Part shown: positions 29,175 through 38,577 of the stretch, piece by piece | How positions within the stretch are numbered: the first letter of the stretch is position 1 | How the letters are laid out: the number at the start of each line of letters is the position of its first letter | The notes under the pieces: generated by a model | Database searches by the model: none | Told to the model about the DNA's origin: nothing | Seen by the model: the letters and a program-made list of their open reading frames with translations, nothing else | Made by a program: the position numbers and the translations under genes | Assembly (NCBI GenBank): GCA_002493865.1 | Contig: DLAC01000010.1 | Location: 31,017-95,016, forward strand | Direction: 5' to 3' | DNA from: Bacillales bacterium UBA7057 | GTDB taxonomy: Bacteria; Bacillota_I; Bacilli_A; RF39; UBA660 | DNA length: 64,000 nt

Positions 29175-29450
29175 ATGGAAGAGGATTTTGAGATTGAGGC
29201 AATCATTCCGAACAATTTAAGAGACTATGTGAGTGAACAAAGAGAAAACGGAATGTTTTTATCGGATTATCAGATTGAAGTTTTAAAACACTTTGGATTT
29301 TATTATCAGAAGTATGGGAGTATCAAAGAATTATTATTTGATGTTGAATCTTATTTAAATTCCAATTCTGATATGGAAGAAATGGATTCTTTGGAGCAAG
29401 TTTCTCGTGAAATATCAGAAAGAGAATATTATTCTCATACAAATCAATAG
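29175..29450 (+). CDS. hypothetical acidic small protein
   Basis: ORF with RBS AGGAGG. No recognisable domain. Confidence 0.4.
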   Translation: MEEDFEIEAIIPNNLRDYVSEQRENGMFLSDYQIEVLKHFGFYYQKYGSIKELLFDVESYLNSNSDMEEMDSLEQVSREISEREYYSHTNQ

Positions 29451-29494
29451 AAAAAAAATTAAAAATAGTATATACTAAAGATAGTGGTGAATTT

Positions 29495-30106
29495 ATGAAT
29501 AAATATAAACTAATACGAATTATTAAATATGCATTTTTACTCTTTATTTTAGTTGTCGCAACTCAACAAGTTTATAAGTTTGGTAAAAAATCTTATCAAG
29601 ATTATATTAACGCACACGAAAATGATTTAGAATGGGTAGAAGATAATATTACTTTAGAAGATGACTATCGAATTGGAAATCAGGTAAAGGTTGTTCATAT
29701 GCCTACAGATTTAACTGTTTCTACAGAAGACTATACGGAAATTATAAACAAGAAAATTAAAGCCCTTTTGGTTAATTCTTATTCGATTGACAGTCCTATT
29801 TTGATTTATAATCCATATAGGGAAGATGAAAATAAGCTTTACATCTATTTCCATACAGGAGAGAAGTATCAGGCGCAATACTTTGTTTCTACAGAGAGTA
29901 TTGTCATGCAGGATATGGATACTTTAGAATATAAGAACTTTTTAGATGAAACTGGAAATGTGTCTTTTACAACGAGACATTATTATACGATTGATTCTTT
30001 GGTTCCAGGAAAAAAGAATAATGTGATTCTTCGAATACTAGATGAAACTGGAGTCGTAGTTGATGCGGAAAACTTTATTTTAAATATTCCAAGTGAAGGG
30101 AATTAA
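29495..30106 (+). CDS. hypothetical membrane-anchored protein
   Basis: N-terminal TM helix followed by a soluble domain. Function unknown. Confidence 0.45.
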   Translation: MNKYKLIRIIKYAFLLFILVVATQQVYKFGKKSYQDYINAHENDLEWVEDNITLEDDYRIGNQVKVVHMPTDLTVSTEDYTEIINKKIKALLVNSYSIDSPILIYNPYREDENKLYIYFHTGEKYQAQYFVSTESIVMQDMDTLEYKNFLDETGNVSFTTRHYYTIDSLVPGKKNNVILRILDETGVVVDAENFILNIPSEGN

Positions 30107-30141
30107 TGAATTCCTTTTCTTTTTTAGAGTAAATTTTTGAA

Positions 30142-30771
30142 ATGAGTGATTTTATGTTTATTGGTTATTATAATAAATCTGTAATTTTAACATACTTGGG
30201 TGTATGTTTTAGTATATTTGGAATGAATTTGGCATTTAGTGGAGAGATTCTATATGCGTTTTTATGTTTGTTGGCTGCTGGAATCTGTGATATTTTTGAT
30301 GGACCGATTGCTAGAAAGTGTAAGAGGAATAAGAAAGAAAAAATGTTTGGAATCGAAATAGATTCCCTATCTGATATTATTAATTTTGTAATTTTTCCAA
30401 TTGTGATTTTTCATTGTATGGGATATGAAGAGTGGTATCATAATGTCATTTACACTTTATTTGCTTTGGGCGGTGTAATACGCCTTGGTTTCTTCAATGT
30501 AGAAGCACAGTCTTTTCATCTACATGGACCTGTCAAATATTATAGTGGGTTACCAGTCACAACGACCTCATTTATTTTTCCAATTTTCTATATCCTTTCT
30601 TTTATTTTAGAACCAGATATCTTTGAAGGACTCATGACTTCTTTAATTTTACTAGTTTCTATTTTATTTACTTATAATTTTAAAATTAAAAAATTAACCG
30701 GAAAGTTTTTATATTTTTCTGCACTTCTCGCAGTTGTGGTTGCTGTTACCTTACTGTTACTTTACTTCTAA
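30142..30771 (+). CDS. pssA: CDP-diacylglycerol--serine O-phosphatidyltransferase
   Basis: CDP-alcohol phosphatidyltransferase motif DIFDGPIAR...G...SLSD. Immediately upstream of psd. Confidence 0.75.
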   Translation: MSDFMFIGYYNKSVILTYLGVCFSIFGMNLAFSGEILYAFLCLLAAGICDIFDGPIARKCKRNKKEKMFGIEIDSLSDIINFVIFPIVIFHCMGYEEWYHNVIYTLFALGGVIRLGFFNVEAQSFHLHGPVKYYSGLPVTTTSFIFPIFYILSFILEPDIFEGLMTSLILLVSILFTYNFKIKKLTGKFLYFSALLAVVVAVTLLLLYF

Positions 30772-31640
30772 TGCGTATCTTTGATTATCAACAAAAACGT
30801 GAAATTGAGGTGTCACAGTACAATCAAAGAAGTTTATCTTTTTTATATAAAACAGCAGTAGGTAGACTTTTTTTAAAAGGAATTACGAGACCTTGGATTT
30901 CAAAAATTTATGGAAAGTATAATGATAGTAAATTTTCTAGACGAAAGATTTCTTCTTTTGTAAAAAAATATGAAATTGAACTTTCTGATTATGAGGAAAA
31001 AGAATATCAAAGCTTTAATGATTTCTTTACAAGAAAGATTTTTCCTAACAAGCGAAAGTTTTCCAAAAAAGGAACAGATTTTATTGCACCTGCTGATAGT
31101 AGAATTATGGTTTATCCAGTGAGTGAAAATCTTTTATTTCCAGTTAAGAATAGTAATTATAGTGTTGCGTCTATTTTAAATGATCCAATTCTTGCAGAGA
31201 AGTATAAGGGTGGTACTTGTATTGTTTTTAGACTTTGTGTAGATGACTACCATCGGTATTGCTTTTTTGATTCGGGTGTTTTAAGTAGTACTTATTATAT
31301 TCCTGGAAGGCTTCATACCGTAAGTCCAATTGTTTATGATTTCTATCGTGTATTTCAAGAAAATAGTAGACAAGTCTCCGTGTTAGAAACAGACCATTTT
31401 GGAACGGTTGCACAGGTAGAAGTAGGTGCCTTGATGGTAGGAAAAATAGTAAATCATGAGATACAAACATTTCAAAGGGGAGAAGAAAAAGGATATTTTG
31501 AATTTGGTGGGAGTACTATCGTTTTATTTTTAGAACCAAATCAAGTAGAAATAGACCCTTGTATTTTAGAATATACGAAACAGGGAATCGAAGTAAAAGT
31601 TAAACTTGGAACAATTCTTGGTAGGAAGAAGCATAAGTAG
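30771..31640 (+). CDS. psd: phosphatidylserine decarboxylase proenzyme
   Basis: 289 aa with G-S-T self-cleavage motif (FGGSTIV). Forms a pssA-psd operon. Confidence 0.8.
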   Translation: MRIFDYQQKREIEVSQYNQRSLSFLYKTAVGRLFLKGITRPWISKIYGKYNDSKFSRRKISSFVKKYEIELSDYEEKEYQSFNDFFTRKIFPNKRKFSKKGTDFIAPADSRIMVYPVSENLLFPVKNSNYSVASILNDPILAEKYKGGTCIVFRLCVDDYHRYCFFDSGVLSSTYYIPGRLHTVSPIVYDFYRVFQENSRQVSVLETDHFGTVAQVEVGALMVGKIVNHEIQTFQRGEEKGYFEFGGSTIVLFLEPNQVEIDPCILEYTKQGIEVKVKLGTILGRKKHK

Positions 31641-31715
31641 TTACAGGTATCGTTTGCTTGATTGTAAAAAGGATTTTTTCGTGATATACTGAAATAAAAT
31701 TAAGGGTGAATGTGT

Positions 31716-32618
31716 ATGAAATGTAAGAAGTGCAAGATGGAAATTGATGATCAATCTATTTTTTGTTCTTATTGTGGAGAACGAGTGAAGTCAGAAGATT
31801 CTTATCTAGATCCATTCGAAAAATATAGAATTCCAGATTCTCATGAGACACAGTATTCCTATCAGCAGTCCTATAGTCAGGGAGAAAGCAGTAAAAAAAC
31901 AGAGGATTTACAAATCGTTAAGACTTCTAGTATTTTGCCTTTACAGTCTTATACAGTGGTAGGAATCATTTTATCCATTCTTTCGATTGTTGTTTGCTTT
32001 CTTCATGCTGGATTTGGATTTACTTTTCTAGTACTTGCTTTTTTCTTTATTATTCGGGGATTTCGTTATGTAGAAAAGAAAAAGCGGATTGCATCTATTA
32101 TAACACTTATTGTTTCTACCCTTGCAGTCTTTATCATATCGATTGTTCTTTGGATTTTTTCATTGACAATTACTTTAGCAAATGGAATGGAATATACAGT
32201 GAAAGAGTACTTATTTAGTTCATTTTTTAATTCCTATTATTCGGATCGCGTCTATGGAATGTGGATAGATGAATCTGGGGAGGTACTTGATTTAACAGGG
32301 GGCTTTTATTATACATTCTACGATTCTAATGGAGATACTTTATATGAAGGAGCTTATTCTAAAATCAATGGTTACCGAGTAGGAGTCGACGATTATGTTT
32401 ATTCAGATCGAGATTTTTATTTCTTTGAGTTTATGGAAGAAAGGAAAGAGTTAACAGAAGATGATCCTTTGGTTTTATGTTTAGATAAAAAAGACTTTAC
32501 GAGAATGGTTTTATATTTTCCTAAAAGAAACTTTTCTGTAGAAACTAAAAAAATAGATGCTCTTCCATATAAAAATGAAAAGAAACATGAGGAAATGGAT
32601 CCGGGAATGATCGGATAA
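31716..32618 (+). CDS. zinc-ribbon membrane protein, function unknown
   Basis: N-terminal CxxC...CxxC (CKKCKMEIDDQSIFCSYCG), two TM helices and a Y/D-rich C-terminal domain. Confidence 0.5.
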   Translation: MKCKKCKMEIDDQSIFCSYCGERVKSEDSYLDPFEKYRIPDSHETQYSYQQSYSQGESSKKTEDLQIVKTSSILPLQSYTVVGIILSILSIVVCFLHAGFGFTFLVLAFFFIIRGFRYVEKKKRIASIITLIVSTLAVFIISIVLWIFSLTITLANGMEYTVKEYLFSSFFNSYYSDRVYGMWIDESGEVLDLTGGFYYTFYDSNGDTLYEGAYSKINGYRVGVDDYVYSDRDFYFFEFMEERKELTEDDPLVLCLDKKDFTRMVLYFPKRNFSVETKKIDALPYKNEKKHEEMDPGMIG

Positions 32619-32645
32619 ATAAAAAACAGGGGATGAGGATTCTAC

Positions 32646-33584
32646 ATGAAATACTGGTGGCTTGAAAAATATCAAAATTTAGAGATGAAGATGTTACCAT
32701 CTTTGTTTTTGGATGTTCAATATTTTTTAGTAGTACCAAAAAACTATGTAGAAGTTTATCAGAAATTAAAGGATGTTGATATTGAATTATTGACAGAAGC
32801 AGAACTTTGCATTTTACTATATTGGATTTCCGTTACCAAGACAGTAAAAAATAATTTGTTAGGTAAAATCATCGAAAGACTTTTGTTAGTACCAGATACT
32901 TCCTTGCCAATTAGTGATTATAGCCTGTTAGAAGTGATTGAGGAAATTCGTAGTTTAAAAAACAGAAGGGCTATGATTGGCCAAATGGGTTGTAATAATA
33001 TTGCAGCCTGTGATTCTTGTTTAAATGTTTTTTATGTGGATCAAATTAAAGCAACTAACTCGAAAGGTCAGTGTCTTTGCCCTTTCTGCCTCAAAAACAG
33101 ATTATACTTTGATAACGAATATATTCCTATGAATTATAGTTTTCTTTTTCATAGTAGACTTTTTTATAGTACTTCTAATCTAGGATGCAATTACCAAAAA
33201 TTAAAGAAATTACTAAAAAAGAACGTAAAAATTTTAGACGATGATTCTACTATAAATTTAAAAGAATTCATACTAGATTTAGAATTTAGTCAATATTTGA
33301 AAGGCCTGCAAATGAAAAAAATTACTGCCTTGGATGAATCTAAAATAATCAAAGGATTTTATGATTACTTTTTAAAAATAGAAGAATGTGGAAGTTATGA
33401 GGCAACACTTATTCTTCCTTGGAAAAATGATTGTAATTTATTTCAAATCTCTTATTTACTGATTCTTTCTTGTGCCTTTGTTTTAGAAAATTTCTTTTAT
33501 TTAAAAGAAATTCACTTAGTAATAGAAAACAGGGAACTAAGGACTCAGTTAAAAAAAGTATTAAAAACTTGTATAGAAAAGTAA
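32646..33584 (+). CDS. Cys-rich hypothetical protein
   Basis: 312 aa with a cluster CNNIAACDSCLN...CLCPFCL. No signal peptide. Confidence 0.45.
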   Translation: MKYWWLEKYQNLEMKMLPSLFLDVQYFLVVPKNYVEVYQKLKDVDIELLTEAELCILLYWISVTKTVKNNLLGKIIERLLLVPDTSLPISDYSLLEVIEEIRSLKNRRAMIGQMGCNNIAACDSCLNVFYVDQIKATNSKGQCLCPFCLKNRLYFDNEYIPMNYSFLFHSRLFYSTSNLGCNYQKLKKLLKKNVKILDDDSTINLKEFILDLEFSQYLKGLQMKKITALDESKIIKGFYDYFLKIEECGSYEATLILPWKNDCNLFQISYLLILSCAFVLENFFYLKEIHLVIENRELRTQLKKVLKTCIEK

Positions 33585-33685
33585 ACAAGAATAAATCACT
33601 TGACATGTTTATGTAAAATAATTTTGTATATTTTTTAATTTTATGATATTCTTTAACTATATAAATAATATTAGGAGGGTATGGA

Positions 33686-34969
33686 ATGGATCAGAAGTTA
33701 TTAGACATAGAAGGGCTAGTATCTGGTAGTTCTAGTATTAATCAAGAATCATCAAATTTAACTGAAGTTTGTGCTTCTTTGTATTCACTTGTTACAAGTT
33801 TAAGAGAAAATGAAGATTTTAAAACGATGATTGCCAGTTCTGAGTACTTTGGTTCTATTGATATATTGAATCAACAAGTTCCAAGATATGCAGAGGCATT
33901 ATTAGAATTTTCAAAGTTTTTATCGAATTATGTATTAGAAAATTATTCAGATACAGATGCAGAAATGAAAGCAAAAGTCGAAGCAAATTTAGCAGAAGCA
34001 ATTGCGAAACTTGGAGAAACTGAGGAGACTGTTGGAACCGGCGTAGACTATAGCAAAATTTCTACTACCGCAGCAGGAGCCTTATCCGGAGACTTTATTG
34101 ATAGCTCAAAAATTCAAAAGTCAACGTTTGAGGATGGAGAGTTAGAATTTATTACTCGTCCAGATGGAAGTGTTCAGATTGTTAAGAATGGGTCAGTGTT
34201 AGGATACACGACACAAGATGGAATTGGAAATGCACAGACAACGACGAGTGCAACGACAGGTAAAGAAACAGAAGAATTGCATACTTCTATATCGTCAGGG
34301 GAAATTGCTGGTACTGTTGCATCTATGGCAACAGTAGGTACAGGAGCTGTAGCAGGTAGTACTACTACTGGTGATGCTACTGCTTCTGCTGATATGATTG
34401 CCTCTGCGGATGCTACCATTCCTACAGATACTACCGCGATAGATCCAGGATTCAGTGGTACTACTGCTATGACTGCTCAAAATCCTACTCCCGGTACAAG
34501 GCTAATGGATGTACCAGACGTAAACAGTGAGTTTAAAGCATATATGGATTATAGAACTATTACTTCCAAAGATTCTAAACAATATGCAATGCAACATAGT
34601 GAAAATTGTTTTACAGATGAGTCTGGATTCCGAAAGATTCGTGATGAGAATGGTGAGGAATATTATATGGGTGCCTTGGGTAGTTATTATACCGAAGGTG
34701 AAGTTGGAAAAAAGTATCAAATTACACTTGATACTGGTGAAACATTTAAGTTTGTTGCTGGAGATCAAAAAGCAGATATTCATACCAATTCTACCAATCA
34801 ATATCGTGATACGGGAACAACAACCAATGTGGTTGAGTTTATTGTAGATGATAATCAAATCCCGTCAGATTGTAAAAGGGCTGGTAGTATGAGTGGAGCC
34901 TATGGTGGGCAATTTGGAGGAAACGTTGTTAAAATTGAAATGCTAGACGATGGAAAACCTATTATGTAG
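33686..34969 (+). CDS. T7SS polymorphic effector paralog 1: LXG-like N-terminal module plus unknown C-terminal domain
   Basis: N-terminal ~190 aa are shared with 35446.. and 37040.. (SSSINQESSNLTEVC...NEDFKTMIASS.YFGSID...VPRY.EALL.FS.FLSNYVLENYSDTD.EMKAKVEANL; DYSKIST.AAGALSG.F.DSSKI.KSTFE.GELEFITRPDGSVQIV). A Thr/Ala-rich linker follows, then a unique ~170-aa C-terminal domain (YMDYRTITSKD...). Confidence 0.6.
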   Translation: MDQKLLDIEGLVSGSSSINQESSNLTEVCASLYSLVTSLRENEDFKTMIASSEYFGSIDILNQQVPRYAEALLEFSKFLSNYVLENYSDTDAEMKAKVEANLAEAIAKLGETEETVGTGVDYSKISTTAAGALSGDFIDSSKIQKSTFEDGELEFITRPDGSVQIVKNGSVLGYTTQDGIGNAQTTTSATTGKETEELHTSISSGEIAGTVASMATVGTGAVAGSTTTGDATASADMIASADATIPTDTTAIDPGFSGTTAMTAQNPTPGTRLMDVPDVNSEFKAYMDYRTITSKDSKQYAMQHSENCFTDESGFRKIRDENGEEYYMGALGSYYTEGEVGKKYQITLDTGETFKFVAGDQKADIHTNSTNQYRDTGTTTNVVEFIVDDNQIPSDCKRAGSMSGAYGGQFGGNVVKIEMLDDGKPIM

Positions 34970-35025
34970 GAACTTTCTATATATATATTATTTTTAGATT
35001 ATAAAGGATAAGGAGCGTGAACGAT

Positions 35026-35337
35026 ATGCCAAATGGTTCAAATGATTTTAGTTTAAATTATGAAAATATTAGTGAAGTAATTACTCAAGTTACTCAAGGA
35101 AAGGACAAAATTGCTGAGATTGTAGATAAGCTTAGTGGGATTGTTGCTAATTTGGAAACTGCATGGGAAGGTACTGATGAGGCCTCATATGTAGAGAAAA
35201 TAAATAGCTATAAACCTCATATTTTAAAATTGCAAAAAGCCTATGAAGATGCAGCGATTGCACTACAGAATATGAGCAATCAATATCAAGAAAAGCAGGC
35301 GGAAAATACATTAAAGGTTCAGAGTGAGTTGTATTAA
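35026..35337 (+). CDS. WXG100-family small helical protein
   Basis: ~104 aa with a central W-x-G (ETAWEGTDEASY). ATG 35026 is preferred (RBS AAGGAG 10 nt upstream). Confidence 0.55.
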   Translation: MPNGSNDFSLNYENISEVITQVTQGKDKIAEIVDKLSGIVANLETAWEGTDEASYVEKINSYKPHILKLQKAYEDAAIALQNMSNQYQEKQAENTLKVQSELY

Positions 35338-35445
35338 GACGAATCTGTACTAAAATTTAGTTGATTGTTGCTTTACAGTCGACTTTTTCGTTTTATAAGA
35401 ATTATGTTATTTTGACAGATAAAAGTCATATTAGGAGGTTACGAA

Positions 35446-36696
35446 ATGAATGAAAAAAAGTTAAGTATAGAAGAACTTGTATCTAGTAGTTCTAGTATTA
35501 ATCAAGAATCATCCAATTTAACAGAGGTTTGTTCTTCTTTGTATTCACTTGCTATGAGTCTAAGAGAAAATGAAGATTTTAAAACGATGATTGCAAGTTC
35601 TCAATATTTTGGTTCGATTGATAGTCTCAATCGGGAAGTTCCAAGATATTCGGAAGCATTATTGCAGTTTTCAAGATTTTTATCTAATTATGTATTAGAA
35701 AATTATTCAGATACAGATGAAGAAATGAAAGCAAAGGTCGAGGCCAATTTAGAAGAAGCTATTTCTAAACTAGGAGAATATGGAATCGACTACAGTAAAA
35801 TTTCTACTTCTGCTGCCGGTGCTTTATCAGGAAACTTTGTTGATAGTTCAAAAATTCGAAAGTCAACGTTTGAAGAGGGAGAACTGGAATTTATTACTCG
35901 CCCAGATGGAAGTGTTCAGATTGTTAAGGATGGAACTGTGTTAGGATATACGACACAAGATGGAATCGGGAATGCACAATCAACGATGGGTGCAAATACA
36001 GCTACAGGAACAGAAGAAGTACATACATCTATGTCAAAGGAAGAAATCGCAGGTACTGCTATGGCAGCAGCTACAAGTGCAGGAATTGCAGCTAGTGGTA
36101 CTACTTCAGTAGGTGAAACAACAGTTACAGAAGAAGTTCCTGAAACATCAGCTCCAACTTTATCTACAGGTCAAGTTCCTTCTGGCCTTTCTTCTGGATA
36201 TTTTGGAGAGGTTCATACAAAAGGTCAAGCGAGTGCTAATATTAAAGAATCTTCTGGAAATATAACAACAGGGAATCAATCCTATACAATCGTTCCAGAC
36301 AGTGAATATACAAAGGCACCAGGTACAATTTCAGAAAGTGATTATCATTTATTAATTGCACAAGTTGCTGGAGAAGCTGGAGCTTCGGTAGAACCTAAAA
36401 ATTATAAAGATGATATGTTAGGAGTAACAACGACTGTATTAAATCGTCTTGAAACAGAAGGAAAATATGGAGATTCTGTAAGAGAAGTTCTTGAAGGTGG
36501 ATATTTCCCATTTGGAGAAACGTATAGGGCATATGAGCCGGGAGGTAAATACTATAATACTGACTGGGGACAAGATAAATTAAGACAAGCAACGGAGGTT
36601 GTTAATGATGCCTTAGGTGGGGCAAGAAATCTAGAAAGTAATGTATATTATTATTCTGGAAACGGTGAGTATAATAGATTCTCAGATGTATTATAA
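35446..36696 (+). CDS. T7SS polymorphic effector paralog 2: LXG-like N-terminal module plus SleB-like cell-wall hydrolase domain
   Basis: Shared N-terminal module. C-terminus LLIAQVAGEAGASVEP...GVTTTVLNRLETEGKYGDSVREVLEGGYFPF matches the Hydrolase_2/SleB cell-wall hydrolase fold (AxAxGE...VxNR...FP). Confidence 0.65.
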   Translation: MNEKKLSIEELVSSSSSINQESSNLTEVCSSLYSLAMSLRENEDFKTMIASSQYFGSIDSLNREVPRYSEALLQFSRFLSNYVLENYSDTDEEMKAKVEANLEEAISKLGEYGIDYSKISTSAAGALSGNFVDSSKIRKSTFEEGELEFITRPDGSVQIVKDGTVLGYTTQDGIGNAQSTMGANTATGTEEVHTSMSKEEIAGTAMAAATSAGIAASGTTSVGETTVTEEVPETSAPTLSTGQVPSGLSSGYFGEVHTKGQASANIKESSGNITTGNQSYTIVPDSEYTKAPGTISESDYHLLIAQVAGEAGASVEPKNYKDDMLGVTTTVLNRLETEGKYGDSVREVLEGGYFPFGETYRAYEPGGKYYNTDWGQDKLRQATEVVNDALGGARNLESNVYYYSGNGEYNRFSDVL

Positions 36697-36719
36697 AATG
36701 AAAATAGGAGTGTAGAATA

Positions 36720-37025
36720 ATGGATTATAGTTTTTTACCAGAAGAGATGGAAAATGCATGTGTAGAGATTGAAAATGGGGTAGAAGAAATTCGTTTGCAA
36801 TTAGAAAAAATTGTGAATGTAGCAAACACGATTAGCGATTCTCCGAATGATTGGAAAGGTAAAGATGCAACTAAATATATTGAAAATATGTTAACTTTTG
36901 AAGGCGATATGTTAGATTTAAACAGTGCTTATTTATCAGCTGTCAATACTTTGAGAGGGACAGCGGAAGTTGCGAATAATCGAGCAATTGAAACTACAAA
37001 TCAAGTCAATCGAGAATTGTTTTAA
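36720..37025 (+). CDS. WXG100-family small helical protein
   Basis: 101 aa with W-x-G at NDWKGKDATKY. Its MDYSF N-terminus is shared with the 46252..46557 (-) protein. Confidence 0.55.
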   Translation: MDYSFLPEEMENACVEIENGVEEIRLQLEKIVNVANTISDSPNDWKGKDATKYIENMLTFEGDMLDLNSAYLSAVNTLRGTAEVANNRAIETTNQVNRELF

Positions 37026-37039
37026 GGAGAATAGAGAAA

Positions 37040-38377
37040 ATGGATGGAGAAAAAATAAAATTAAGTGAAGCGGAAATCTTAGCACATAGTGAGACCTTAA
37101 ATACAGCTGCTCAAAATATCAATGATACATGTAAAAAACTCTACAGTATCATTACAAATTTGCAAGAAAGTGAAGCATTTAAGTCTAAAGAAGCCGCTAT
37201 GAATTATTATCTGCGCATTCAAGAAATAAATGCTGTCGTACCAAAGTTTATAGAGGGAATATTAAAGTTTTCTCAATTCTTATCTGGCTATTTATTAGAA
37301 AATTATAGAGAAACAGACGAAATGGCTAAGCAAATTCAGGAGTCATTTGACGAGTCTGTCAATCAATTAGCTGCCATTGGACTGATTGGGGGAGTAGTTA
37401 ATATAGGAAAAATTTCTTCTACTGCACAAGGCGCTTTAAATGGAAATTTTATTAGTAGTGATCAAATATATAAAGAGGCATTTGAGGATACTGGTAACTT
37501 GGAATTTGTGACTCGTGATGATGGTGCGATTATGATTACTAGAGATGGGGTTCCAATTGGATTTACCACAAAGGATGGTATTTCTAATCCTATGTCATCA
37601 AAAGTATCTAAACCATCTGGGATGGGAAATGATCCAAGATATCAACAATTGAGCCCATCTGGAATGGGAGATGACCCAAGATATAAAAATATAAGACCAG
37701 AAACTCCATTAACAGAGGGAATGGGAAATAATGAGGCAATTATTAAAGCACGTGAAAATGGTCGTTTACCAAATCCAACAGATAAGAATGGAATCGGTGA
37801 TGACTCAAAACACGAAGATGCCTACTCTAATCAATATCCATCTGCCATGAAAGGCGATCCAAGATATATTGGGGACGACTCAAGGCATGAAGATACGTAT
37901 TCTAGTCAATCATCTTTAGGGCCCGTTCAAAAAAATTCATCTACGCTTGATCAAGGCTTTAATTTTTCAACTACCAATTCTAGTGGAAAATCAAATTCAA
38001 CAAATGCACAATCTCCATCAATTTTCAAAAGTGGTGTAGAGGCACAAAAAAATTCGTCTTCCCTTGATCAAGGATTTATTGTTTCAACCACCAGTTCTAA
38101 TGAAAAAACAAGTTTAGCAAGTCTACATTCATCATCAGGATTAGAAAGTTTGAGTTCATCTAAAACGGGACAAGCTCAAACGACTTCATCTGCCCCTTTA
38201 CGAGAAGTTACTATCCCATCATTAAATGCTAATGAAAAGGCGGATTTAGCTAATGTACATTTTTCAACAGGAGCAGAAATTTTGAATTCTTTAGATTCGG
38301 GGCAGACTCAAACTAATTCTCCTACGATTGGGATTGCTTCTTCAGGAATAAATACGAATGATGGAGTAGATTCCTAA
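37040..38377 (+). CDS. T7SS polymorphic effector paralog 3: LXG-like N-terminal module plus S/T/N-rich repetitive C-terminal region
   Basis: N-terminal module homologous to paralogs 1 and 2. C-terminal ~260 aa are low-complexity with internal repeats (GMGNDPRY x3, GDDS(K/R)HEDxYS x2, KNSS(T/S)LDQGF x2). Confidence 0.55.
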   Translation: MDGEKIKLSEAEILAHSETLNTAAQNINDTCKKLYSIITNLQESEAFKSKEAAMNYYLRIQEINAVVPKFIEGILKFSQFLSGYLLENYRETDEMAKQIQESFDESVNQLAAIGLIGGVVNIGKISSTAQGALNGNFISSDQIYKEAFEDTGNLEFVTRDDGAIMITRDGVPIGFTTKDGISNPMSSKVSKPSGMGNDPRYQQLSPSGMGDDPRYKNIRPETPLTEGMGNNEAIIKARENGRLPNPTDKNGIGDDSKHEDAYSNQYPSAMKGDPRYIGDDSRHEDTYSSQSSLGPVQKNSSTLDQGFNFSTTNSSGKSNSTNAQSPSIFKSGVEAQKNSSSLDQGFIVSTTSSNEKTSLASLHSSSGLESLSSSKTGQAQTTSSAPLREVTIPSLNANEKADLANVHFSTGAEILNSLDSGQTQTNSPTIGIASSGINTNDGVDS

Positions 38378-38466
38378 AGTTAAGAATAGTTGAACTTATA
38401 TTTTGCTTTTAGGTTTATGCTTTTTTGAATAGTTTTTTCTGTCATATGACTTAATTTTATTGTATT

Positions 38467-38496
38467 AAAAGTAACACAAATAATGTTACTTTTTGT
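38467..38496 (+). terminator. rho-independent terminator
   Basis: AAAAGTAACA-caaataa-TGTTACTTTT followed by TGTTTG. Separates the effector genes from essC. Confidence 0.65.
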
Positions 38497-38529
38497 TTGC
38501 TAAATTCTTTAAAAACTTATTGGAAAATT

Positions 38530-38557
38530 CTTTACTTATGATATAATAATTATATAT
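38530..38557 (+). promoter_or_regulatory. candidate sigma-A promoter for essC (TTGGAA-16-TATAAT)
   Basis: TTGGAA at 38530-38535, 16-nt spacer, TATAAT at 38552-38557, ~20 nt upstream of the essC RBS. Confidence 0.4.
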
Positions 38558-38577
38558 ATAATAATGGGAGTTGGACT

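Noticed and set aside
34174-34858. Several 60-120 aa ORFs antisense or out of frame within effector paralog 1
   Set aside because: They are products of the Thr/Ala/Gly-rich linker region read in other frames, and are wholly contained within a well-supported gene.
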